From positions 4,936-68,935 of IMG/VR virus record IMGVR_UViG_3300033141_003184: 64,000 bases of DNA. One strand, given 5' to 3'. Of this stretch, positions 46,575-57,114 are shown one piece after another. The position numbers were made by a program, and so were the translations under genes. Each line of letters begins with the position of its first letter. The first letter of the stretch is position 1. The notes under the pieces are model-generated. The model was not told the origin of the DNA. It saw nothing but the letters and a program-made list of their open reading frames with translations, and did not search any database. This DNA comes from a virus.

Positions 46575-46756
46575 CTATATTAAAAATAATAGGGCTTATA
46601 CTTGGGACGATTGGTATTCTGTTATTTTTAGTCTTCTTATGGTATATATTTAGCTTCATACAAATGAAGGCTTGGATAGATTCCTTTAATAATACAATAA
46701 ATGAATTAATAACCAAACAAAAAATAAAAGATTATGAGCAAGCACAGAAAAACTAA
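46571..46756 (+). CDS. Small membrane protein
   Basis: N-terminal TM helix. Confidence 0.55.
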   Translation: MTILKIIGLILGTIGILLFLVFLWYIFSFIQMKAWIDSFNNTINELITKQKIKDYEQAQKN

Positions 46757-47798
46757 CTTCAGGAATGCGGTAACGAAGGATGCGAAGAGACAAAAAACCG
46801 CTCCTTCTACTTACGGATATCTGCTTTTGCCAAAGAATATATCCGTATTCAATCCAAAACCGGGTAGTCGGGTTAAATTGGATTTTATTCCGTATAAAGT
46901 GACTGATTCAAAACATCCTGATAGGGATGATGAAGATGGATTTGCTATTCCCGGTAGTTTATGGTATAAAAGACCATTCAAAATTCATAGAAACGTCGGA
47001 GTAAAGGACGAATCGGTGGTGTGTCCTACTACATTCGGTAAGAAATGTCCAATTTGCGAATATAGGGCAAAACGGATTAAAGAAGGAGCCGACAAAGAGG
47101 AAGTACGAGCTCTGAAGGCAAAAGACAGGAATCTCTATGTGGTAGTTCCTATTGACGATAAAGATCATGAAGAGAAGGTTCATATCTTTGATATTAGTCA
47201 ACATCTCTTTCAAAACCTTTTGAATTCGGAAGTCGAAGAAAACGACGAATATGGAAATTTTCCTGATTTGGAGAACGGATACACTCTTAAAATCAGGTTC
47301 TCATCCAAAACTATTGAAAATAGTCAACCATTTGCAGAAGCAAGTAGGATTGACTTCCTGGAAAGAGACGAAGAGTATGACGAATCAATTCTTGATGAGG
47401 TTCCAAATCTTGACGAGGTATTAAAAGTTTTACCATACAATGAATTGGAAAAGATTTTCTTTGAAATTGATGATGTCGATAATGGGGAACCAAAAGACCC
47501 GGAAGAGGAAGAAAAGGAATCGGAAGAAGCACCTCCCACTTCGATGAAGAGGAAGAAAAAGAGAGTGGTAAAGGAAGAATTGGAACCTGAACCAGGAGAA
47601 GAACCCGAAGAAGTGGAGGAACCTCCAAAGAAACGAATGAAGAAATCAGCAGGGTCATCGAAAGAGAAAGCTGATAATGATAGATGTCCATACGGTCATA
47701 AGTTCGGGATTGATACTGATAAATTCCCAGAGGATTGTGATGTATGTGATATATGGGATGAGTGTATTGAAGCAAAAGAAGCAAACGAGGAAAAATGA
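46734..47798 (+). CDS. Single-stranded DNA-binding protein (gp32-like)
   Basis: HRNVG...VCP...CPICE; acidic tail; terminal CPYGH..CDVC..C. Confidence 0.75.
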   Translation: MSKHRKTNFRNAVTKDAKRQKTAPSTYGYLLLPKNISVFNPKPGSRVKLDFIPYKVTDSKHPDRDDEDGFAIPGSLWYKRPFKIHRNVGVKDESVVCPTTFGKKCPICEYRAKRIKEGADKEEVRALKAKDRNLYVVVPIDDKDHEEKVHIFDISQHLFQNLLNSEVEENDEYGNFPDLENGYTLKIRFSSKTIENSQPFAEASRIDFLERDEEYDESILDEVPNLDEVLKVLPYNELEKIFFEIDDVDNGEPKDPEEEEKESEEAPPTSMKRKKKRVVKEELEPEPGEEPEEVEEPPKKRMKKSAGSSKEKADNDRCPYGHKFGIDTDKFPEDCDVCDIWDECIEAKEANEEK

Positions 47799-48214
47799 AG
47801 AGAATTTCCATTTTAGATATTGATAGAGCAAAGAGAAGAAAGAAAAAGACTAAATTGGTCGGAGTGGTATTATCAAAGGAGACTTTTGATTATTTCACTC
47901 TATACTGTTTAGCGGAGGATACTTCCAAAGCGGAAGTAATGAGAGAGTTATTACTTTCCCATTTTAATGAATCCGTATCTACGGAAGAGTTAATAAGAAA
48001 GGTTATACGTAGAGCATTGCTTGTTTTTGATGTTCTAAAGAAGAAAAAAGGAATATCTCTGGATGAGTTTCTTACCTCCCTACAAAAGGAGCTTATGGAG
48101 AGGGAAATTGATAAGGCATATATTAAAGTTATTATTGCTAATGTAAGAAAGTTAAGTGATGGAACGAACAAAACCACCGAAATTGAGTCAGCAGGTAAAA
48201 AAAAGAGTGAATGA
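47795..48214 (+). CDS. Hypothetical protein (possible ribbon-helix-helix)
   Basis: LVGVVLSKETFDYF.LYC...SKAEVMRELL. Confidence 0.55.
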   Translation: MKRISILDIDRAKRRKKKTKLVGVVLSKETFDYFTLYCLAEDTSKAEVMRELLLSHFNESVSTEELIRKVIRRALLVFDVLKKKKGISLDEFLTSLQKELMEREIDKAYIKVIIANVRKLSDGTNKTTEIESAGKKKSE

Positions 48215-49229
48215 GAATACAGGTAAGAAAGAACAAAAGGAGTATGAGGGATCAGATATTTTTATTTCCACTGGATCGACTTTGCTCGATCTTGCCATCA
48301 GTGGTGGTAGAGTGAGAGGTGGAGGCATACCAGCTGGGATACTTGTGGAAGTATTTGGTCCGCCAAGTTCGGGAAAGACTGTTTTGTTATCAGAGATTGC
48401 TGGTAATATACAATCACGCGGTGGAAGTGTGATGTTCCATGATCCGGAGGGAAGGTTGAATAAGAGCTTTGCGAGCATTTTTGGGTTAGACATTGATTCT
48501 ATGCTTTATTCTATGCCCGACACTGTTACCGAAGTCTTTTCTTTGGTTCGGAGTTGGGCACCTTCCCAATCCGGTAAAGTACATGGGATTTTTGCGGATT
48601 CATTGGCTGCTCTCAGTACCGATTTAGAGATGGAGAAGAATGAAGGTGATAAGATGGGGATGCGTAGGGCAAAGGAATTTTCAGAGGAGTTGAGAAAGAC
48701 ATGTAGAGTACTCACCAAAAATAATTATCTGATGGTTGTGAGCAACCAGATAAGGGAAAATGTTGATGCCGTAGCATACGGAGAAAAGTACCGTACTCCA
48801 GGTGGGAGAGCTGTTGGTTTTTATTCTTCTTTACGTCTCCGATTCAAACTGATTGAGAAGGTAAAAAGAGAAATAACTTTTCATGAGAAGAAGATCAGTC
48901 AGATAGTGGGAGTCAGATCGGAGGTAGAAGTGTATAAATCGTCCGTCTGGAAACCATACGGAAAAGCTCCTCTTACCATATTATTTGAGTATGGAATTGA
49001 TGATATTCGTGAGAATTTGCAATACTTAAAGAAATATTACGGGTTACGTAAGTATGGTTTCATGAGAGATGGAGAACTAATTGGATTAAGTGTATCAATG
49101 AATGATTCCATAAAAGAAGTAGAAGACAAAAACTGGGAAAATGATGTACGAATGAATGTGATCAACTTATGGGAAGAGATAAATGGAAAGTTTTCATCAA
49201 TAGAATTATCACGTAAAAAGAGACATTGA
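48156..49229 (+). CDS. recA: RecA/UvsX-like recombinase
   Basis: ISTGSTLLDLAI.GG, FGPPSSGKT, DSLAAL, NQIRE, TPGGRA..FYSSLRL. Confidence 0.92.
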   Translation: MMERTKPPKLSQQVKKRVNENTGKKEQKEYEGSDIFISTGSTLLDLAISGGRVRGGGIPAGILVEVFGPPSSGKTVLLSEIAGNIQSRGGSVMFHDPEGRLNKSFASIFGLDIDSMLYSMPDTVTEVFSLVRSWAPSQSGKVHGIFADSLAALSTDLEMEKNEGDKMGMRRAKEFSEELRKTCRVLTKNNYLMVVSNQIRENVDAVAYGEKYRTPGGRAVGFYSSLRLRFKLIEKVKREITFHEKKISQIVGVRSEVEVYKSSVWKPYGKAPLTILFEYGIDDIRENLQYLKKYYGLRKYGFMRDGELIGLSVSMNDSIKEVEDKNWENDVRMNVINLWEEINGKFSSIELSRKKRH

Positions 49230-49230
49230 A

Positions 49231-49767
49231 ATGATTATACTAACGAATGATCCTTCTTTTACTGCATGGGGGTGGGGAGTAGTTCAAGTGACAAAAAACA
49301 AGATATCTATATTAGACGTCGGTTGCATCAAAACTCAACCTGAGTATAAAAAGAAGAGAATAAGGAAATCTGATGATCGCGTTCGTCGAGCTGAAGAAAT
49401 ATCAGCACTTCTACTTAATATTATTAAACGATATAAAGTTAATTGGATTGTTTCGGAATTGCCGCATGGCAGTCAGAGCGCATCTGCAGCGGTAATGTTG
49501 GGAATTACCGCAGGAATTCTCACCGGATTAGGAAAAGCATTGGGTATTCCTGTAGAATGGTGGTCAGAGGGAGATGCAAAGAAAGCCATCGCTCATCGTA
49601 GAAGTGTGAGCAAACAGGTAATGGTAGACTCTATTGACAAAATCTACCACCCACCATTTACAAAAATAGAGTATATTGATGAAGCCATTGCTGATGCTTT
49701 AGCTATTTTTCATGTAGCAAGGGATCAATCTATGGTAATACAAGCAGCATTAAAAGGAATACAATAA
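49231..49767 (+). CDS. RuvC-like Holliday junction resolvase
   Basis: NDPSFTAWGWG, VSELP, SKQVM, IADALAI. Confidence 0.82.
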   Translation: MIILTNDPSFTAWGWGVVQVTKNKISILDVGCIKTQPEYKKKRIRKSDDRVRRAEEISALLLNIIKRYKVNWIVSELPHGSQSASAAVMLGITAGILTGLGKALGIPVEWWSEGDAKKAIAHRRSVSKQVMVDSIDKIYHPPFTKIEYIDEAIADALAIFHVARDQSMVIQAALKGIQ

Positions 49768-49771
49768 TAAA

Positions 49772-50035
49772 ATGAAGATAAAACTGTTATTTGGAGAAGA
49801 TAATAAAGAGGAAAAGGAAAATAGAAGTGGTGGTAAAAGAATGGTAAAAGAGGATTGTCTTAGATATTTGAATAAGAGAGTACGAGTTACATATACTTCT
49901 AAGGCAATTAAAGCAGAAAGTTCTCAAGTCGGTGTGATTAAAGCTACCTTAAAAGCATTTTTGGTACTGGATGTAAGTGATGAAAAGGAAATTATTATCA
50001 AATACGATCAAATAAAATCAATAAGAATTGTGTAA
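49772..50035 (+). CDS. Hypothetical protein (Sm/Hfq-like fold possible)
   Basis: YLNKRVRV...GVI....AFLVL....IIIKYDQIKSI. Confidence 0.55.
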   Translation: MKIKLLFGEDNKEEKENRSGGKRMVKEDCLRYLNKRVRVTYTSKAIKAESSQVGVIKATLKAFLVLDVSDEKEIIIKYDQIKSIRIV

Positions 50036-50039
50036 TATA

Positions 50040-51095
50040 ATGATTAAAAAACTACACGTACAAAACTTCCAAAGTCATAAGAATTCTACATTAGAGTTCT
50101 CACCCGGGGTCAATATTATTGTAGGTTCCAGTGACTCGGGAAAGAGTACTATCATTAGAGCACTAAAATGGTTGGTATGGAATCGTCCGTTAGGAGATAG
50201 CTTTCGTAGCCATTGGGGAGGAAAAACGGTTGTTTCCGTTCATTTGGAAGAAAATGATATAATTGTCAGATCGAAGGATAAGCAGGAAGAATATTGGTTG
50301 AATGATCAACAGTTCCTTGCTTTCAGAACAGAGGTACCGGATGAAGTAAAGAGAATACTAAATATAGATGAGATAAATTTACAACAACAACTGGATAGCC
50401 CTTTCCTTCTTACTTTATCACCCGGAGAAGTGGCTCAGAAATTCAATAAAATAGCTCACCTCGATCAGATAGACGAAGGATTATCTTTTATAAGAAAGGA
50501 AATTCGGGAGGTAAATGGTGAGTTAAAGTACACCAAATCAGAATTAGATAGTCTCAGAGAAGAATTAAAACAATATGATTTTGTGAAGCAGATGGAAGCG
50601 GATTTGGAAGTGATAGATCAACAATATAAAGAGGTGACCTCTTTAGACAAGACAATACGAGAGCTGACATCAATCACATTGACAATTGATGAGGTTCAAC
50701 ATCAGATAAAAGAAACCAAAGAATTACTTAAATTGGAAGGAAGGGTTAACTCATTAATATCATTATATGACGAGATAGAATCAGTGGAGAGAAATAATGA
50801 GATGTTATCAGAAACTATCACGGAAATAAAATCAGTGAAATCTTTAATATCAAAAACATCCTATATAATTGATTTAACCCCTAAAGTGGACCAGAGTATC
50901 CAATTAATTAAAAAAGTCGATCAGAGCCAAAAAAACATGGGGAATTTGGAGAAAATTTTGGGTGATATAAAATATACTAAATCAAAGATAAGGGAGATGT
51001 TAAAATCATATAAGGATTTGGAAGAAAAATTTCATGAGGAAATGGGTGATACCTGTCCTCTCTGTGGACAACCCATAAAACATTTGAAGATATGA
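50040..51095 (+). CDS. SbcC/Rad50 N-terminal half
   Basis: NFQSH..LEFSPGVNIIVGSSDSGKS Walker A; coiled coil; terminal CPLCG zinc hook. Confidence 0.88.
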   Translation: MIKKLHVQNFQSHKNSTLEFSPGVNIIVGSSDSGKSTIIRALKWLVWNRPLGDSFRSHWGGKTVVSVHLEENDIIVRSKDKQEEYWLNDQQFLAFRTEVPDEVKRILNIDEINLQQQLDSPFLLTLSPGEVAQKFNKIAHLDQIDEGLSFIRKEIREVNGELKYTKSELDSLREELKQYDFVKQMEADLEVIDQQYKEVTSLDKTIRELTSITLTIDEVQHQIKETKELLKLEGRVNSLISLYDEIESVERNNEMLSETITEIKSVKSLISKTSYIIDLTPKVDQSIQLIKKVDQSQKNMGNLEKILGDIKYTKSKIREMLKSYKDLEEKFHEEMGDTCPLCGQPIKHLKI

Positions 51096-51982
51096 AACCA
51101 ACATTAATACTTACTGGTGATTGGCATTTACGAGAAGATACTCCGATTTGTCGGACTGATGATTTTCAATCAGCTCAATGGGAGAAAGTAAGGTTTGTTG
51201 TAGATTTATCATTAAAATATAACATTCCGATAGTTCACTCCGGTGATCTCTTCAATCATTGGAAGCCTTCACCTGCTTTACTTTCCAGAACCATAGAGGA
51301 ATTCAAAAGGTTAAAAGAACCATTCTATACTATTTATGGAAATCACGATTTACCACAACATAATCTTGATCTTCAGTATAAATGTGGAATATATACCCTT
51401 GTCCAAGCGGGAGTTGTAGAGTTACTGGATGGTACTCATTGGTTACAAAATCCAAAATCTCCATCATTGGTTGTGCCTGGAAGTGGAGAGTACCCAAGTA
51501 GATATGATAAAACTATTTTAGTTTGGCACGTAATGACATACCAAGGAAAAAAACCATGGCCAGGCATAACTGATACTCCAGCGAGAGGGTTATTAAGAAA
51601 GTATCCGGAGTATGATCTGATAGTAACCGGACACAATCATAAGACTTTCATAGAGACTTATGAGGATAGAATATTAGTAAATCCGGGAAGCCTTACAAGA
51701 CAATCCGCTGATCAAGTAGATCACGTTCCAGCGGTTTACCTTTGGTTTGGTAGTGAGAATTCGGTAAAACGGATAAAACTACCATTTAAGGAGAATGCTA
51801 TAGTAAGAGAACATATAGCATCGGTGGAGGAGAGGAATAAGCGGATTGATGCTTTTGTATCAAAATTAAATGGAGAATGGAGTGTAGAAGCGAGTTTTGT
51901 AGAAAATATGGAGAGATTTTTGATGGTAAATAATATTGATAAGAGAGTGAGAGAAGTGGTGTATAAAGCAATAGGAATGTAA
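51092..51982 (+). CDS. SbcD/Mre11 metallophosphoesterase nuclease
   Basis: GDWHL, GDLFN, GNHD, GHNH, NPGSL. Confidence 0.9.
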   Translation: MKPTLILTGDWHLREDTPICRTDDFQSAQWEKVRFVVDLSLKYNIPIVHSGDLFNHWKPSPALLSRTIEEFKRLKEPFYTIYGNHDLPQHNLDLQYKCGIYTLVQAGVVELLDGTHWLQNPKSPSLVVPGSGEYPSRYDKTILVWHVMTYQGKKPWPGITDTPARGLLRKYPEYDLIVTGHNHKTFIETYEDRILVNPGSLTRQSADQVDHVPAVYLWFGSENSVKRIKLPFKENAIVREHIASVEERNKRIDAFVSKLNGEWSVEASFVENMERFLMVNNIDKRVREVVYKAIGM

Positions 51983-51983
51983 T

Positions 51984-52217
51984 ATGGGTAAAGAAATATT
52001 GATACGATCGGTCAGAGCCTGCAATAAACATTTGTCAGTGGATTACCTTTCTTATAAAAGTGATATGTCATTATTAAGACTGATGAATCCACTGGAAAGA
52101 GAATTCTTTGCTAAGCGATTATTGAATGAAAAGAAATTAACTAAATCACAATATAATAGTTTATTTGAGATAAACCCCAAAAACAAAAAACCAGAAGCAT
52201 GGAAACTAAAGATTTAA
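51984..52217 (+). CDS. Hypothetical protein
   Basis: 77-aa ORF in the operon. Confidence 0.5.
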   Translation: MGKEILIRSVRACNKHLSVDYLSYKSDMSLLRLMNPLEREFFAKRLLNEKKLTKSQYNSLFEINPKNKKPEAWKLKI

Positions 52218-52432
52218 TGAGATTAAAAGAGGAAATTGAAAAGAAAAAGATAGAGAAGGCAGAATTACAAGGAAAGTTGAATTCTCTTATGGAAACTCTA
52301 AAGAATGATTGGAATTGTAAATCAATAGAAGAGGCTGAAAAGCTATTAAGAGAAATGAAAGATAATCTGTCAAAAATGGAAAAAGATTTACAAGATGGAT
52401 TAAAAGAGTTGGAGGAGAAGTACTATGATTGA
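52199..52432 (+). CDS. Coiled-coil protein (possible Rad50 arm segment)
   Basis: Heptad pattern throughout. Confidence 0.65.
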   Translation: METKDLMRLKEEIEKKKIEKAELQGKLNSLMETLKNDWNCKSIEEAEKLLREMKDNLSKMEKDLQDGLKELEEKYYD

Positions 52433-53042
52433 ATTAGCTCAAGCATGGAATGATCTAAATAAGTTGAAGGGTAAGGTGGATCATATCAGATCAGGTATTC
52501 AGGAAAAGAAAAAAAGACTAAGAAAACTGACTGATGATCTGAAAGTTCTGGAACAAGCAAATGAGATAATAAAAGAGGTTGGATTAAAGACACAAGAACA
52601 GTTAGAATATCATATTTCGGATATAACTTCTCTTGCGTTGGAATCAGTATTTGAAGATGAAGCATATAAATTAATCGCGAAATTTACTCAACGCAGGAAT
52701 AAAACCGAGTGTGATCTTTTATTTGAAAAAGACGGAGAGGAAGTCGATCCACTAAATGCTTCCGGTGGTGGAGCGGTTGATGTAGCCGCCTTTGCTTTGA
52801 GAATTGCTCTTTGGAGTATGATGAATCCAAAAACGAGAGCTACTATAGTGTTAGATGAACCTCTCAGATTCTTGTCGGTTGACTTGCAAGATAAAGCAAG
52901 TCAAATGATAAAAGAATTAAGTGAGAAACTCGGGATACAGTTTATTATCATTACTCACGAAGATACATTAACTCAATATGCAGATCGGGTATTTACAGTT
53001 ATAAAACAAAGAAATAAATCATCGAAAGTCATACAATCATGA
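52425..53042 (+). CDS. SbcC/Rad50 C-terminal half
   Basis: ASGGG signature, FALRIAL, VLDEP Walker B, IITH. Confidence 0.88.
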   Translation: MIELAQAWNDLNKLKGKVDHIRSGIQEKKKRLRKLTDDLKVLEQANEIIKEVGLKTQEQLEYHISDITSLALESVFEDEAYKLIAKFTQRRNKTECDLLFEKDGEEVDPLNASGGGAVDVAAFALRIALWSMMNPKTRATIVLDEPLRFLSVDLQDKASQMIKELSEKLGIQFIIITHEDTLTQYADRVFTVIKQRNKSSKVIQS

Positions 53043-53570
53043 ACAACAAAGAAGAAAATAAAGGCTATCAGGAATTACAAATATTTGATGATTGGTCTAC
53101 AAGATTTGAATTGGGAGGAAAGCCTCTGGATTTTACCAAACATTATGATATTATAACTCTTAATGGATTAGTATATAAAAATTGCGCAGTTCGTTGTTTA
53201 ATATGCTCTCATAGAATTTTGGACAGAATTTTGGGAGGAATGAAAAGTTGGACAACACGTATTCCTTATTTTGAAACTGATGGCTTAGATATAATGTTGC
53301 AATCAGGTTTTCTAATGAAAATTAGTGAAATATGAGATGTAATAATTGTAAATATCTCAAGAAATTCACCAGAATTGTGGATGATATAAAAAGATATTAT
53401 CCGTATTGTTCCTTAATGTTTATTTCACTTGAATGGGAAGAAAATATCATCAGACCTACACATACGGATAGTCTGACTGTTATAACTCCTTTCGACTGTC
53501 CATTGCGACAGAAAAGAAGGGTAAAAAATCATGAAAAACATTTTGAATTTTCAATAAAATAAAAATAATT

Positions 53571-54245
53571 ATGAAAACAATTTATTTACAAGGAGAATAT
53601 GGAGAAGAAAAGTACTTCTATGATAATCTTGAAGAACTATTCGATGAGTTTCAGAAAAGGGGTATTAAAATAGGAAAAAATATTTTTATGGGAGATAAGG
53701 TTTCTATTGGATGTGGTGTTTCTATTGGAAACAACGTTTCCATTGGAGATGGGATTTCCATTGGAGATGGGGTTTCTATTGAAGTTGGAGTCTCTATTGG
53801 AGATAAAACCTTCATTGATAAGAGGGCTTCTATTGATTGTTGGACTTTTATTGGGTATGGGACTACTATTGGAGCGGAAACTCTTATCGGATATAGAGCT
53901 ACCATTGGCCCAGAAGTGTTTATTAAGGAAAGAACCTTTATTGGCAATGATGTTTCCATTGGATGTAGAACTCGCATTGGATATAGAGTTTTTGTTAATG
54001 ACAGAGCTAACATTGAACGTGATGTCTTCATTGGAGATAGAATTGTTATTGGAGAATATGCAAAAGTTGATAAGGACACTAAATTAACTTTTGGAATTTA
54101 CATTAGTGATTCTGGATATCCTGTAACTTACGTTGGGAATAGTAGAATTTCTATTGGAGAGGAAACGTATACAATTGAACAGTGGAAGAAATTAGGAAGA
54201 CGGAGAGAGGATATTGAAGTTGTTGAAAAATTTCTAAATTTATAA
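53571..54245 (+). CDS. Hexapeptide-repeat (left-handed beta-helix) protein
   Basis: Long run of [IV]G-x-x-[VT]-x repeats. Confidence 0.85.
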   Translation: MKTIYLQGEYGEEKYFYDNLEELFDEFQKRGIKIGKNIFMGDKVSIGCGVSIGNNVSIGDGISIGDGVSIEVGVSIGDKTFIDKRASIDCWTFIGYGTTIGAETLIGYRATIGPEVFIKERTFIGNDVSIGCRTRIGYRVFVNDRANIERDVFIGDRIVIGEYAKVDKDTKLTFGIYISDSGYPVTYVGNSRISIGEETYTIEQWKKLGRRREDIEVVEKFLNL

Positions 54246-54342
54246 AAACGAGAAAGTATGAAAACAAAAGAAAAAGCACAACAAAACAAAGTAATTGAAT
54301 TCGGGAAAGGTCTTCAAAGATTAGGAGAGAAACTTCAGAAAT

Positions 54343-54651
54343 ATGGAAAAATTACTACCATGTCCATTCTGTGGAGAAATGGCAATAATAAATAAAAAGG
54401 ATGCTGCATTTGTAATAATGTGTCCGAAGTGCATTACAATACAGATTATATCGGTTGAGAAAGAGACGGCAATCAAAGTATGGAATACCCGCTCCTGTTA
54501 TCCCACTGAGTTTGTTGAGTGGATAACAACAAGATATGTTTACACTAAAGATGGCTATTTGTCTACAAAAGAACGAAACAATCCAATTAAATTTTATACA
54601 ATTGAAGAAATCTATAAGCTATGGAAAGAAAAGAAGAAGAATATTGGGTGA
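54343..54651 (+). CDS. Lar-like (restriction alleviation) zinc-ribbon protein
   Basis: LLPCPFCG...CPKC...AIKVWNTR. Confidence 0.75.
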   Translation: MEKLLPCPFCGEMAIINKKDAAFVIMCPKCITIQIISVEKETAIKVWNTRSCYPTEFVEWITTRYVYTKDGYLSTKERNNPIKFYTIEEIYKLWKEKKKNIG

Positions 54652-54936
54652 AAAGTTACGAATTCTGATATCTTTGAATCGATTACATAAAGTTATAAAA
54701 ATGTTAAAAATTAATTATTATGAGATATTATTCTAATTATAAACGGATAATTGCCATTAAAGAAAGAAGTGCCGGTAACGAAACTGTCGGTGATATGTGG
54801 CTTGAAACCAAATCATTCGATAAAGAAACTCCTGTGTGTGAGATAATTGAATGGGCTGAAAGTTGTTCCGGTAGGTTAATAATTACAATTGATGAAGATA
54901 CAGTTGATACCAAGGTTCATCATTAAAGAAAAGATC

Positions 54937-55323
54937 ATGAAAGAAGATTATTGTAGTTACAATTTAAGTAAGTTGGCTAAAGAAAAAGGATTTAACTGGC
55001 CGGTAAGAATGGTGTGGGCTAAGACTGAGTCGGATACAAGACTATTGATAAAAGCAGGTGAAAGGAGATGGAATGATAAGGCATTTGAAAATGAAGATGT
55101 TATTTCTGCTCCAACCCATTGTCATCTGGCAAAATGGCTGAGAGAAAAGCATCATTTTATGGTATCAGTCATTGATATTTTTCAAAAGAAATATGTCTAT
55201 TATGCTCATTTTCTTGACGATGAACAGGAGTATGGAATGACGAAAGAATATGAATCTTATTACGATGCTTTTGAAGCAGGATTGATGGAAGCATTGAAAA
55301 CAATAAAAACAAAACAATTATGA
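54937..55323 (+). CDS. Conserved hypothetical phage protein
   Basis: CSYNLSKLAKEKGF...SAPT...AKWLREKH...YESYYDAFEAGL.EALK. Confidence 0.75.
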   Translation: MKEDYCSYNLSKLAKEKGFNWPVRMVWAKTESDTRLLIKAGERRWNDKAFENEDVISAPTHCHLAKWLREKHHFMVSVIDIFQKKYVYYAHFLDDEQEYGMTKEYESYYDAFEAGLMEALKTIKTKQL

Positions 55324-55555
55324 GCACACATATAGCAACATTGGAAGGATTAAAAGAAGAAGGATCAGGTAAGACCAAAACTTCAATGAGTATAACAAGA
55401 TTCTGGGGAGGTCCCGAAAAAGGCAGAATGATACAATTGACCATAAATAATTCGGAAGGATATATACAATTAACGAAAAAAGAAATTAATAAACTGATCA
55501 AAATATTATTTGATTCAATTAATGAATGAAAGTTATGTAATTAAGTTATATAATC

Positions 55556-55852
55556 ATGAAAGAAAAAATAAAAGAAAAACTATTAAGCAGAGGTTTTGAT
55601 GAATTGTATTTACAAAGCAGTGAAAAATTAATTGATGCCGTGATTGAAGAAGTTCAAAGGCTAAAAAATGACACGAACATAGCAACCGCTGTTCCCTACC
55701 AGTTATGTCCGAAATGTCAGGGAACCGGTGAAGTATATGTTCAAAATTGGTATGGTAGTCCAACATCTATATCTTCTGGGGCACAAATTTGTAATATATG
55801 TGGTGGCCGTGGAATAATACCTATGCATGTAATACCCAAGGACAAAGAATAA
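55556..55852 (+). CDS. DnaJ-type zinc-finger small protein
   Basis: CPKCQGTG...CNICGGRG. Confidence 0.7.
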   Translation: MKEKIKEKLLSRGFDELYLQSSEKLIDAVIEEVQRLKNDTNIATAVPYQLCPKCQGTGEVYVQNWYGSPTSISSGAQICNICGGRGIIPMHVIPKDKE

Positions 55853-56544
55853 TGAGACTAATTAAACCAGGTTATCAAATTTTAACTAAGGTGAATGGTA
55901 AAGAAATTCTTAAAAGAATAGAATTTGCTGGTAGAGTATCTCATAAAAGCGAAGATAAAATCACAAAAGATTCTGCCGAGAAATTTGTAAAAATGATTAT
56001 AAATATGGGACACTTGTCTGTTATAGAACATGAAAGTTTTTCTGTAAAGTTTATAACAGATAGGGGTATTTCCCATGAACTGGTCAGGCATAGACTGGCT
56101 TCTTTTACCCAAGAAAGCACAAGGTATTGCAATTACCTTAAAAACAAATTCGGAAATCAACTTACTTTTATTATTCCTTTTTGGTTGGAATTAGAAGAAG
56201 GGAACTATCATATATTAGAAGATAATCTTGTTATTGATACACCTAATGGGATTCTACGTTTTGAAGATTTTAATAGAGATGAATTAATTTATTTATACAC
56301 TTTACATCAAATAGAAAAGAATTATAATGAATTAATTACATTAAGATGGGGACCTGAAAAAGCCAGAAGTATTTTGCCAAATTCCTTAAAGACTGAAATT
56401 GTAGTTACAGCAAATCTAAGAGAATGGAGACATATCTTCAAAGAGAGAACATCAAACGCTGCCCATCCACAAATGAGAGAAATCATGATTCCTCTTTTAA
56501 AGGAAGTAAAGGAAAAAATACCGGTTGTATTCGATGATATTTAA
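55852..56544 (+). CDS. thyX: Flavin-dependent thymidylate synthase
   Basis: GHLSVIEH, RGISHELVRHRLASFTQESTRY, ARSILP, NLREWRH, AHPQMRE. Confidence 0.95.
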   Translation: MRLIKPGYQILTKVNGKEILKRIEFAGRVSHKSEDKITKDSAEKFVKMIINMGHLSVIEHESFSVKFITDRGISHELVRHRLASFTQESTRYCNYLKNKFGNQLTFIIPFWLELEEGNYHILEDNLVIDTPNGILRFEDFNRDELIYLYTLHQIEKNYNELITLRWGPEKARSILPNSLKTEIVVTANLREWRHIFKERTSNAAHPQMREIMIPLLKEVKEKIPVVFDDI

Positions 56545-56590
56545 TTCCATGAATAGAAATAAATTTTCAACAATTAAAATAGACTATAGT

Positions 56591-56875
56591 ATGAAAACTA
56601 ATTTTAAATTACCTACAAAAGTAAAATATTTTTTATATACTTTGTTAGTAGCTGTTATTCTCCAATCGTGTGATGGAAATATACATTTTTCAACAAAAGA
56701 TAAAAAGAAGTTTACAGTAGTTGCAGAATATGGAAGCGGTTGGAAATACCGAGCAAATTATATCCAGGTAGATAGTTTGAAAATTGAAAACATAAGGTCA
56801 GCAACTTTATGGATTGACGGCATAAAAATAAATGTGATAGCGGATAGGATTAGCTTTTATTCTAATAACCGCTAA
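56591..56875 (+). CDS. Putative lipoprotein
   Basis: Hydrophobic stretch ending in lipobox ILQSC. Confidence 0.6.
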   Translation: MKTNFKLPTKVKYFLYTLLVAVILQSCDGNIHFSTKDKKKFTVVAEYGSGWKYRANYIQVDSLKIENIRSATLWIDGIKINVIADRISFYSNNR

Positions 56876-57114
56876 TTCTCGGATAGCGGGAACTAAAACA
56901 TAGAAAAATGAAAGCAGTTGTTGTAAAAGTAAAACCAGAAAGGAAATTAAAACCAAACGAAGAAATCGCTGGTATCGTTACATTCGTAAAAGATAATAAA
57001 GTAACAATCATCATAGAAGTAAATGTATGGGATAGCGCATCACAGCCAGCCAAAGTTCAGTTAGTAGATACGATTGTAGATTTAGATTAGAAACAAAATT
57101 AAAAATACAGAAAA

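Noticed and set aside
53690-54070. 18-bp periodic ATTGG repeats as a CRISPR array or DGR
   Set aside because: They encode hexapeptide IG repeats. There are no spacers, cas genes or reverse transcriptase in the window.
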